Shown one piece after another: positions 50,212-58,823 of a stretch of 64,000 nucleotides of DNA. The stretch spans positions 32,001 through 96,000 of the forward strand of contig CANMWZ010000004.1 in the NCBI GenBank assembly GCA_947501605.1. The letters run 5' to 3'. Each line of letters begins with the position of its first letter. Within the stretch, counting starts at the first letter, position 1. This DNA is from Planctomycetota bacterium. Its GTDB lineage: Bacteria > Planctomycetota > UBA1135 > UBA2386. The position numbers and the translations under genes were made by a program. The notes beneath the pieces are model-generated. The model was not told where the DNA came from and did not search any database. It was given only the letters and a program-made list of their open reading frames with translations.

Positions 50212-50550
50212 GACGGCCGCTGGTTCCAGATCCGCGCACGGTCCGAGCCGTGCGCTGCGGCTGTGCGGCCGGAGTTCTGCAAGCCGACTGGATCGCGCTC
50301 GCGCTCGCGCAGCCGATGCACAGAATGCGAGCCATGCTTGACCGTGGTGCCGCGGGCTTTCCACCGCGCCCCTACACCGTGCGGCGCGTCGGTTGGTCGA
50401 GTCGGTCTTGGTGACGTCCGAGCCGGAGGCCCATCGCAATGGACTCTTGGATCGGCGCTTTGAGGCGTTGCATGTGGCGGCCCCGATCGCCGAACGCCGT
50501 GCTTCGAACTCGCCGCAGAGTCCCCAGAGTCCCGTCCTTGCCCTTGGCTC

Positions 50551-50814
50551 TCGTGGCTCAGCCTCGTCGAGTCGTTCTTCGCGATGGTAGAGAGGCACGT
50601 CTCTCGGCGAGGCGTGCACCGCAGCGTCGGCTCACTGGAGACCTGCGTGCGAGACTTCCTCGACGCTTACAGCAGCGATCCCATTCCCCTCGTGTGGACC
50701 AAGTCCGCTGCCGCGATCCTCGACAGTCTGCGCCGCTACTGAGAAGACGCAAACTCCCCGCGCGAACAGCGGACCCTTCGACAGAGGTCGCAGACTTCCA
50801 AGTCCACCCACTAG
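50551..50814 (+). mobile_element. IS630-family transposase 3' remnant (pseudogene) with probable right end
   Basis: Frame from 50551 reads SWLSLVESFFAMVERHVSRRGVHRSVGSLETCVRDFLDAYSSDPIPLVWTKSAAAILDSLRRY*EDANSPREQRTLRQRSQTSKSTH*. This matches the IS630 C-terminus pattern (SWLNxVE, RRGVHRSV, PFxWTK, TSxSxH*) and ends in CACTAG. Not in the ORF track. Confidence 0.8.
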
Positions 50815-51558
50815 CACTCGCCAACCGGATTGTGTGCAGCCCGCTGGGGGCACGACGTGCGCCAGGCCGCGACAACCGCCAAGCGGAGCCAAGGACTCGC
50901 GGACTCGTCGACGGTGTCCGAGCTGGGTCACTTCGTGCCAAGGCATGGGGAGCGCAGGGAGCGTACGGGTGCCTCGATGGTCGCCAGGAAACGTAGCTGA
51001 CGCCGCGCCTGCGCCTGCGTTCTCGAGCATGCCGGTCTGATGCGTGCCCCGTGGTGGCGTGTGCGAGGAGCAGCGTGCGGCCTGGGTGCAATCCTGCGAG
51101 TCTGCGGCGTGGGCTGCTTATCCGACGACCCGCAGCGGGGCGGACTCACGGCCGGCTGTGCCATGCCACGGCCGCGGCGCACTCGTCTGGCCTGGTGGGG
51201 GCGAGCTTCGCCGCAGGCTGCAACGCGGTCTCGGCGCAGCGGAGTGTGCCTCTGGCCGGGTCGCAAGAGATGCTCCTGGAAGGCCCTATTTCGCCACCGA
51301 CCGTGCCGTTTGCTCTCGGAGTCAAGGGCGCGCGTGTCGCGGTGCGCTGCACCTCCACCAACAGCGCCTCGACCACCACAGCTTGGACCAGCACTGGAGC
51401 GCTACCGGCTGCACAGGAGGGGGGATACGTGCGCCTGCGCGGGCCGCGCAGCAGGCTGGTGCGAACTCACCCTGCGGCCACGGCAAGAGCCCTGACCTGC
51501 GGCCTGGCCGCTCGCCGGGGGTTGATCGCGGTCGCGATCGAGCCCGCCACCGCCCAAC

Positions 51559-52800
51559 TCAGCGCTGATCGCCCCAGTAGGGGCGCGTCGTGGCGCTCGC
51601 TTGACGGTAGGTGCCGAGGGTCTGGCGCAGGCGGTTCACGATGCCGTCGTCAAACGTGACGGTCGCGTAGTCGCTGGCTCCCTGAACCGTGACGGTGCCG
51701 GTGACGACAATCGCGCCCTGGAGCTCCGAAGGTTCGCGCACACTCAGGTTGCCATTCACGTAGAGCAGGCCAGAGAAGCTGGAGTAGCTCGATTGCTCGA
51801 TGGTCACGTTGCCATTGACGACGACCACTCCGGTTCCGCTCAGCGGGCGGGCGGCATCGAAGATCAAGTTGGTGTCCGCGACCACGACTGCGTCCTTCGG
51901 CAACGGGCTCGGGAACTCGTCAGGGTCGACGAGAATCGAGTCTGCCATGCCCTTCAGTTCTGTCAGCGACACCCCAAAGACAGCGGTCATGCTGTCGTCG
52001 TAGGTGGCATTCGGCGAAATGCCGCCGGTGACGAGGGCGCCAGTGCCTGAGACCGTGACACTGCCCGTGCTGATCTGGTGATAGATGCCGGCCGCCGTGT
52101 TGCCGCCGTAGATGCGTCCACGCGTGAAGATCCGGCAGGTGCTGGCCGTGCGCGTGCACAGGGCCGCTTGGCCGGGCGGTTGCAGTGCGAGACGACGGAT
52201 CTCGGTCTCGACGACTTCTTTGGCGACGACGCGGTTTGGAGTCGCATCAAACGCCAGGGTCGGGTCCTGACGACGGAAGACGTAGCCGACGCTGCGAATG
52301 CGCCAAACGGAGCCAGGGCTGAGGTTGCCGCGCTCATCGGAGATATCGATGCATCGGACCTGATTGCGGAAGGCCAAGCGCTCCGCGTCCGGGTCAGCGC
52401 TCCAGTCCTTCCAAACTTCGTAGCGGCCCCAGAGCGAGCCACTGATCTCGAATTCGCGCGCGATGCCGATATCCGGGTCGATCGTGTCGAGCAGCGGCGG
52501 TGTCGCGGCCGCGTCGAGTTGCGGCGAGAACGTGGTCACCGGCTGCGCCGTCTGCTTGCGGTACCAGCCGATGGCTTCGATCAGTCCTGACCGCGCGAAC
52601 TCCATCGCTTGGCCATTGCTCGCGAAGTGAATGCTGGTCGAGTCCCGATGCGCCTGGACAAAGATCGCACCCGACATGGTGATCCCGAGGGCGATGATCG
52701 CGAAGAACAGCGCGAAGATCAGTGCCATGCCCCGTTCGCGAGCACGGTCCATGGCATGGCGAGAACTGACGAGGCTGCTGCGTACTGGAATTGCGCTCAT
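51559..52800 (-). CDS. PilX/GspK-like minor pilin with C-terminal beta-helix-like (VxGxxxI) repeats
   Basis: AGGAG RBS; RERG|MALIFALFFAIIALGI lacks E5, as in PilX/GspK; QAMEFARSGLIEA; WRIRSVG; GTGVVVVNGNVTI...GLLYVNGNL...GAIVVTG. Confidence 0.78.
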   Translation of the reverse strand: MSAIPVRSSLVSSRHAMDRARERGMALIFALFFAIIALGITMSGAIFVQAHRDSTSIHFASNGQAMEFARSGLIEAIGWYRKQTAQPVTTFSPQLDAAATPPLLDTIDPDIGIAREFEISGSLWGRYEVWKDWSADPDAERLAFRNQVRCIDISDERGNLSPGSVWRIRSVGYVFRRQDPTLAFDATPNRVVAKEVVETEIRRLALQPPGQAALCTRTASTCRIFTRGRIYGGNTAAGIYHQISTGSVTVSGTGALVTGGISPNATYDDSMTAVFGVSLTELKGMADSILVDPDEFPSPLPKDAVVVADTNLIFDAARPLSGTGVVVVNGNVTIEQSSYSSFSGLLYVNGNLSVREPSELQGAIVVTGTVTVQGASDYATVTFDDGIVNRLRQTLGTYRQASATTRPYWGDQR

Positions 52801-53074
52801 CGATGGGCTCCTGCGGTGGACCTTCTGCCGCTAGGAGTCCTTCATCGGCGCAGTTGGGCCGGTGCCCAAAGTGGCAGTCCCGCATCCAGCCTGTAGAGCG
52901 TCGCACGGCCCATGTCATGGCCGGCGCCGAGTCGCTTCTAGTGTCCTTCCCAGGCGCCCGCGGCTGCTGTCCGTGCTGACCGTCGATGCGTGCACCGCGC
53001 TGTGGCGGTGGAGTCTCGCAAATCCGCGGTGCGTTCGCCGCTTGCCCTTCCGATACCACTGCGACGGGGCTTGG

Positions 53075-54217
53075 TCAGGTGCTGCTGCCACCGCGCTCGT
53101 GCCCCAGGGGTAGCCAGACGCGGAACTCGGCGCCCTGGCCCGGCGAGCTACGAAGGGTGATCGCGCCGCCGAAGCTGTCGACGAGGCTCTTGCTGATCGA
53201 CAGACCGAGGCCGGTGCCGCCGCGGCCTCGCTTGGTCGTGAAGAACGGCTCGAAGATCCGGTCGCCGAGTTGCGCCGGCACACCTGGTCCGGTGTCGCGT
53301 ACGACAATCGATGCCCCGCCACCGTCGCGCAGCACTCCTAGGATGATGCGCCGAGGGCCGTCCGCCTGGGTCAGGATCGCGTCGCGTGCATTGTTGAGCA
53401 GGTTGAGCAGCACCTGCTGGAGCTGTGAGCAGTCGGCGGGAACGGGCGGGACGCCGGCTTCGATGTCGAGGTCGATTTGCACGCCTTGGCGGGCGAAGGC
53501 CGCGCGCACCAGTCGCACGGTGCGATCGACGACGTCGGCCAGATCCGTTGGCTGCGGGTCCAGCCGATCGTTGCGCGCGAACTCGAGCAGGTCGCGCACG
53601 ATGTTGGCGATGCGTGCGCCTTCGTCGGCAATGATGGCGGCGTTCTCCTTGGCGTCATCACCGTCGCGGATCAACTGCGCGCAGTTGAGCACGGTGTTGA
53701 TCGGGTTGTTGATCTCGTGGGCTACGCCAGCGGCGAGTTCGCCGATCGCGGCCAAGCGTTCGGCGAGCGAGAGCTTTGCCTGCAATTGCTTGCGCTCGGA
53801 TATGTCGCGCATGATGGCGACGAAGAGGCGGCGGTGGTCGACCGAGCCTTCGCCGACCGAGAGGTCTATCGGGAACGCCGAACCGTCTCTGCGCCGCGCC
53901 GTCACTTCGCGGCCGATGCCGATGATCTTGGCGATGCCAGTATCAAGGTAGTTGCGTACGTAGCCGGCGTGCTCGGTCGCGTAGGGGGGGGCCATCAGCA
54001 AGGTGACGTCCTTGCCGAGTAGTTCGCCGGGGCCGAACCCGAACATCAACTCGGCGGCGCGGTTCGCCATGATGATGCGGCCGTTCTCCTCCATCGAGAC
54101 GATGGCCTCGGTGGCCGTCGAAATGATGGCGCGCATGAGGCTGACTTCGTCTGCGAACGACAACGGTCCTACTTGCCGTGTGGGTTCGTCGTCAGGATGT
54201 GTCGGAGTTGGTGTCAT
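53075..54217 (-). CDS. Cytoplasmic PAS-domain sensor histidine kinase, FixL-like heme-PAS
   Basis: LMAPPYATEHAGYVRNYLDTGIAKIIGIGREVTARRRDGSAFP resembles the FixL heme pocket; AHEINNP H-box, NLLNNARDA, DTGPG, FFTTK, GTGLGL. Confidence 0.88.
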   Translation of the reverse strand: MTPTPTHPDDEPTRQVGPLSFADEVSLMRAIISTATEAIVSMEENGRIIMANRAAELMFGFGPGELLGKDVTLLMAPPYATEHAGYVRNYLDTGIAKIIGIGREVTARRRDGSAFPIDLSVGEGSVDHRRLFVAIMRDISERKQLQAKLSLAERLAAIGELAAGVAHEINNPINTVLNCAQLIRDGDDAKENAAIIADEGARIANIVRDLLEFARNDRLDPQPTDLADVVDRTVRLVRAAFARQGVQIDLDIEAGVPPVPADCSQLQQVLLNLLNNARDAILTQADGPRRIILGVLRDGGGASIVVRDTGPGVPAQLGDRIFEPFFTTKRGRGGTGLGLSISKSLVDSFGGAITLRSSPGQGAEFRVWLPLGHERGGSST

Positions 54218-54571
54218 GCGCGCGGCGCGATGCTATGCGCTGTCGCCGTCGTGAAGAAGTCGTCGTGCGCGGGTGCCTGCGGGTTGAGCCGCTCTCTGCG
54301 TGGCGTGGACGGGGCCAGATCCTGGGACTCGGTGCAGTTGCCAATGCAACAACGCAGTCCGTTTGCAGGGCGAGCGATGGCGGGATCGTTGCTCGACGGG
54401 CTGCCAATCGACGCCGGAGTGCGTACGTGAACCGTCCACAGTTCGAACTTCCCCATGGGTCGGAGGGCTGAGTGCCGAAGTTCTCCTTCTGCCGCCTATG
54501 GCAATGGCCTGGCGCCGACGACATGTTGGATGGACCTGCTGCGAGGAGCAGAGCGACTTTGTGCGACAACC

Positions 54572-55696
54572 ATGCCGCGAATCATCCTGATTGACGACGA
54601 GCCCAACCTGCGCCGGACGCTGGCCCGCTTGCTCGAACTCGAAGGGCATCAGGTCCTGACCGGCGGGAGCTTCGCCGAGGTAGAGGCGCACCTCCATCCA
54701 GGCGGCTTCGATGTGCTGGTGTCCGACATCTTGATGCCCGAGTTCGACGGCGTGCAGATCCTGCGTGAAGTCGTGGATGGCCGCGGCTGCCGCGAGCCCG
54801 TGGTCTTGATCACGGGGCAGCCAAGCATCGAATCGGCGTCGGAAGCGGTCCGCCACGGCGCCTTCGACTACATCCGCAAGCCGGTCACAAAAGTGAAGTT
54901 GATCGAGGTGGTGGCGCGTGGACTGCGTCACGTCGAGCTGTTGCGCGAGCGCGATCGGGCTCGGTCCAAGGAAATGGAGCTGTTGAAGAACCTCGCGATC
55001 CTCGGCGAGGAAGCCTCGTTGCTCACGCACGAGATCCGCACGCCGATCACGAGCCTGCGTCACGCGTTGCACGCCGTCGCCGACAAACTCGGCATCGCCG
55101 AGCGCGTCGTGGTGGAGGATCTGGTCAAGAACATCCAACGCATCGAGCGTCTCTTGACGCATACGCTGTCGTTCGCTCGACCACTCGAGTTGAGCACTGC
55201 CGCCCTCGAGCTTGCCGATGTGGCGCGCGACGCCATTGCGCAAGTCGAGGCTCATCCAGACCGACCGGCGATGCAGATCGACCTCCGAACGGGTGGTCCG
55301 TCGGCGCTCGTGGATGCCGACCCCGACCTGCTGGCCGAAGTGCTGGTCAACTTGCTTCGCAATGCATGCGAGGCCTGCGCCAGCAAGAGGGCGCGCGGCG
55401 AAAGGGGCACCATTCTGCTGTCCGTTGGTGGCGATTCGAGTCACGCCTGGATCGACGTGCGCGATGACGGGCCCGGCGTTCCCGCCACCGAACGAGACGA
55501 AATCTTCCGGCTGTTCCGTAGTTCGAAAGAAGGTGGAACCGGCATCGGTCTTGCCTTCAGCCGCAAGATTGCCGAGTCGCATCGCGGCACGCTTGAGCTC
55601 CTGGACACTCCCGGTCCTGGGGCCTGCTTCCGCTTGAAGCTACCGCGTTATCTTCCACGTCCGCTCATTCCTGACACTCGATTGAAAGCACCATGA
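54572..55696 (+). CDS. Hybrid response-regulator / histidine kinase (REC-HisKA-HATPase)
   Basis: ILIDDE, SDILMP, IRKP receiver; THEIRTP, NLLRNA, DDGPG, GTGIGL kinase. Confidence 0.9.
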   Translation: MPRIILIDDEPNLRRTLARLLELEGHQVLTGGSFAEVEAHLHPGGFDVLVSDILMPEFDGVQILREVVDGRGCREPVVLITGQPSIESASEAVRHGAFDYIRKPVTKVKLIEVVARGLRHVELLRERDRARSKEMELLKNLAILGEEASLLTHEIRTPITSLRHALHAVADKLGIAERVVVEDLVKNIQRIERLLTHTLSFARPLELSTAALELADVARDAIAQVEAHPDRPAMQIDLRTGGPSALVDADPDLLAEVLVNLLRNACEACASKRARGERGTILLSVGGDSSHAWIDVRDDGPGVPATERDEIFRLFRSSKEGGTGIGLAFSRKIAESHRGTLELLDTPGPGACFRLKLPRYLPRPLIPDTRLKAP

Positions 55697-56358
55697 CCGA
55701 AGCGAAGCCCATCACGATCGTGCTCATCGATGACCAAGCCATCGTCCGTGCGGCGTTCCGTTCGTTGATCGAACGCAACGTGCGCTTCAAGGTCGTCGGG
55801 GATGCGGGCGACGCGCGCAAGGGGATCGATCTCGTTGCCGCGCTTCAGCCAGACGTGGTCATCCTCGACATCACAATGCCAGGCCTTTCTGGCATCGACG
55901 CCGTCGGGCCCGTGAAGAAGGCCAGCCCGCACACCAAGGTGTTGATGGCATCCCAGCACGAGGGGCAGAAGTTCGTGCAGCAGGCGTTGCAAGCCGGTGC
56001 AGATGGCTACCTGTCCAAGGACAGCGATCCGACCGAGTTGGGCTTGGCGATCGACGCGATCCAACGTGGCGACTCGTTCCTGTCACCGAAGGTCGCTGGT
56101 GGCATCATGGCACGCGCTGTGCGTGGCGATTCGATGCCGATGAGCGAGTCCTGTGCACTCGACGAACTCACCAAGCGCGAACGCGAGGTCTTCCAACTCC
56201 TGGCGCTCGGCAAGGCCAACAAGGAAGTGGCGGCGATGTTGTCTCTGTCCGTTGGCACGGTGAAGAAGCACCGTGAGAACTTGCAGCGCAAACTCGACTG
56301 CCACTCGCCGGCCGACATCGCGCGCCTCGCGATTCGCGAAGGCCTTCTCGGCGCCTAG
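55693..56358 (+). CDS. NarL/FixJ (LuxR-HTH) response regulator
   Basis: LIDDQAIVR, LDITMPG, YLSK; LTKREREVFQLLALGKANKEVA...TVKKHRENLQRKL. Confidence 0.93.
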   Translation: MTEAKPITIVLIDDQAIVRAAFRSLIERNVRFKVVGDAGDARKGIDLVAALQPDVVILDITMPGLSGIDAVGPVKKASPHTKVLMASQHEGQKFVQQALQAGADGYLSKDSDPTELGLAIDAIQRGDSFLSPKVAGGIMARAVRGDSMPMSESCALDELTKREREVFQLLALGKANKEVAAMLSLSVGTVKKHRENLQRKLDCHSPADIARLAIREGLLGA

Positions 56359-56823
56359 CGAGGATCCTGCTCGGCGCCCAGCGACGCCGCGAGTCGGCGC
56401 GAGTCGGCGCGCGCGAGCCGCCGCCTGAATTGGCGGTCCGACAGCAGGTCGCCGCATGGCTCGGTGCTGGCTGGTTGGTCTGCGACTCGCTTCGCTGGCA
56501 CAGGATTCCGGCGCCTGGCTGCGACTTGCGCGGCGGTGCCGTGGATCGTCGCGTGTGAGGGTCCCTTGCGGTCCCTGCTCGCCCACGCGGGTGCGTAGGC
56601 GAGCGCCGGAGGCCACCAGGTTCCTGGCCGCGAGCCTTGAGCCAAGCGAGGTCACGCGGGGACTTGGCGTCGGCGGCATTCGGCCCGGTCGATGGGGCCG
56701 CGCTCGGTCGGGCGCTGCGGTTCGGACCGGCGACGGCCGGATCGCAGGAGTCGCGCAGTTGCAGGTGACGACTGCGGCGGGCACCATCGGCAGCCGCGGC
56801 CCAGATGCGCCGCGACAAGGTCC

Positions 56824-57672
56824 ATGGAACTCGAGCCTGCAGGCATCATCCCGCCCGACGACGATCCCGTGTTGGGGCGCCATCCGGCGGTTGCACGGGT
56901 TGAGTCCGCACTGGACGCCGGGCGCGACGAGGAAGCGCTCGAGCTGGCCGAGAAGGCCCTCGCCGCCGGCGAAGGCGATCGGCTCGATCTGCTGTATCTT
57001 GCGGGCGATGCCATGCTGGCTCTGGGGCGTGCGCGCGACGCCGAGGCCCGCTTTCGTGCGGTCCTGGCTGTGGACGGGGGGTGCCCGACCTCGCGTTGCT
57101 GGCTCGCAATGGCGCTCTTTCGACAGTGCCGGTTCGAGGAGTCGATGGTCGAGTGCGACCAGTCCCTTGCGAATGCGCAGGCGCCGATCGATGCCCATGT
57201 AGTTCGCGGGTTGTTGCTCGAACGCCGCGAGGATTTCGCCGGCGCCGATGCGTGCTTTGCCCACGCCGCTGATGCCGATCCTGATCGCTTCCAGACGCCG
57301 GTTCGGCTGTCGCGGCGGGAGTTCGATGTGCAGGTGCGCCTTTCGGCGCGACGGCTGCCGCGGCAGTTTCGGCGGCATTTGGACCGTGTGCCTGTGATCG
57401 TGCAGGACTTGCCGGCGCTCGAGCTTCTGCGCGGCGGTGGTGACGATCTTGATCCGGAGCTACTCGGGTTGTTCGACGGGACGCCGCTGCCGGACACCGG
57501 CGGCGCGCTGGAGTTGCGGCCGAACTACATCTACTTGTTCCAGCGAAATCTCGAGCGGATCGCTCGCGATCGGGAGGACTTGATCGAGCAGGTCTCGATC
57601 ACGCTGTACCACGAACTCGGTCACTACCTTGGGCTCGACGAAGACGACCTCGACGAGATGGGGCTCGGCTGA
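56824..57672 (+). CDS. TPR-repeat protein with C-terminal minimal zincin (Zincin_1) metallopeptidase domain
   Basis: TPR-like helices, then LLGLFDG...IYLFQRNLE...TLYHELGHYLGLDEDDL (HExxH). Confidence 0.85.
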   Translation: MELEPAGIIPPDDDPVLGRHPAVARVESALDAGRDEEALELAEKALAAGEGDRLDLLYLAGDAMLALGRARDAEARFRAVLAVDGGCPTSRCWLAMALFRQCRFEESMVECDQSLANAQAPIDAHVVRGLLLERREDFAGADACFAHAADADPDRFQTPVRLSRREFDVQVRLSARRLPRQFRRHLDRVPVIVQDLPALELLRGGGDDLDPELLGLFDGTPLPDTGGALELRPNYIYLFQRNLERIARDREDLIEQVSITLYHELGHYLGLDEDDLDEMGLG

Positions 57673-57678
57673 TCGGAG

Positions 57679-58170
57679 TCATCCCTGCGGTGGCGTCGCC
57701 CCGAGACTTGTTCTACGGCTTTGCACGCGTCCACCGCGGACCGTGAGGACAAACGTGACCGGTCCATCGTTGCAGAGTGTCACCGCCATCTTGGCGCCGA
57801 ACACGCCCGTGGCGACCGATAGGCCGAGCTTCTGCAGTCCGTTGGCAACCTGCAGGTAGAGCGCTTCTGCGCGCGTCGGGTCCTCAGCTGCGGTGAAGCT
57901 CGGGCGGTTTCCATCCGCGAGTTCTGCTGCCAAGGTGAACTGGCTGATGACGAGCAGGCTGCCACCGCTCTCGGCGCACGTCGCATCCATCGGGGTGCGG
58001 CCGGGAAAGCAGCGCAGTTTCGCAAGCTTCTGGGCCGTGGCGTCAGCGTCGGCTTCGTTGTCGCCGCGTTCGACGCCCACGAGCAGCATGAGTCCGGCGC
58101 CAATCGCTCCGACTTCGCGGTCCTCGACGCGGACGCTGGCGTGCTGGACTCGTTGGACGACTGTGATCAT
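57679..58170 (-). CDS. dtd: D-aminoacyl-tRNA deacylase
   Basis: VVQRVQHASV, SQFTL, GNRPSF, GVFGAKM, NDGPVT. Confidence 0.93.
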   Translation of the reverse strand: MITVVQRVQHASVRVEDREVGAIGAGLMLLVGVERGDNEADADATAQKLAKLRCFPGRTPMDATCAESGGSLLVISQFTLAAELADGNRPSFTAAEDPTRAEALYLQVANGLQKLGLSVATGVFGAKMAVTLCNDGPVTFVLTVRGGRVQSRRTSLGATPPQG

Positions 58171-58241
58171 GAGCGCAGCACGATGCGGCGTGAGCATGCC
58201 GGCCGCCGGCGCCATGTAAAGGCACCGGCGGCGCCGCGCGA

Positions 58242-58664
58242 TCAGGTCGCGCGGATGGGCACGCGCACCGGCTGCGGCTTCTCGTGCTTCTGCACGGTGA
58301 TGGTGAGTACACCGTGCTCGAGCTTGGCATCGACGCTGGCGCAGTTCGCCGTTTCGGGCAGCACGATCGTCCGTGCGCGCTTGCCAAAGCGCTGCTCGCG
58401 GCGGTGCCAGCGCAGTCCTTCGGGCTGGTCTGCCAGCTTCCGTTCGGCGCTGATCTTCAGATTGCGGTCGTGGATCTCGATCGTCACGTCCTGCTCGGCG
58501 ATGCCGGGCAGCTCCAGCGACAACACCAAAGTCGTCGCGGTCTCGGCGATGTCGGTAGCCGGTGCAGTGGCACCTGGGAACGCCTCGGGAAGCGTGTCGG
58601 CGAAGAACGAGTCCATCAGGCCGGCAAGAGGGTGGCGGGCGGTGGCAAGAGGGTGTTGGTTCAT
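58242..58664 (-). CDS. Hsp20/alpha-crystallin small heat-shock protein
   Basis: PATDIAE, ELPGI, ERK, REQRFG, AKLEHGVLTITV; AGGAG RBS. Confidence 0.92.
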   Translation of the reverse strand: MNQHPLATARHPLAGLMDSFFADTLPEAFPGATAPATDIAETATTLVLSLELPGIAEQDVTIEIHDRNLKISAERKLADQPEGLRWHRREQRFGKRARTIVLPETANCASVDAKLEHGVLTITVQKHEKPQPVRVPIRAT

Positions 58665-58699
58665 GGCTAGCTCCTATTCAGGTTGGATGCCCGCCGGTA

Positions 58700-58715
58700 G
58701 GCAAGGGGCGTGCCG
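58700..58715 (-). promoter_or_regulatory. Putative sigma54 (-24/-12) promoter of hsp20
   Basis: Minus strand CGGCAC-GCCCC-TTGCC matches TGGCAC-N5-TTGC (GG-N10-GC), 35 nt before the ATG. Confidence 0.6.
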
Positions 58716-58823
58716 GAATGGCGTGATGGAGCGAAGTGCCTTAAATGCAGTAGTTAAGGCTCGATATCTCGATCGCGTCCATGCTCGGAAGCTGCCATTT
58801 TGGATGGCGACTGCCAGAATGGC

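Noticed and set aside
50740..50742. TGA at a position that is often Cys in IS630 transposases, suggesting selenocysteine
   Set aside because: The element is a 5'-truncated remnant, so a nonsense mutation during decay is the simpler explanation.
50815..51558. Several 80-200 aa ORFs in the spacer
   Set aside because: They are Arg/Ala/Cys-rich, lack the host codon bias and show no recognisable motifs.
52938..52946. CTAGTGTCC resembling a second IS630 end flanking the pilX-like gene
   Set aside because: It shares only 6 nt with the end at 50814, no transposase sequence is adjacent, and CTAGTG also occurs by chance inside thiS.
54218..54571. GTTGC-CAAT-GCAAC palindrome as an FNR/FixK box
   Set aside because: It does not match TTGAT-N4-ATCAA and is too short to support.
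56359..56823. 465-bp intergenic gap with a short tandem GCGAGTCGGC repeat
   Set aside because: Only two copies, no regular spacers and no tRNA or riboswitch core seen; not CRISPR.
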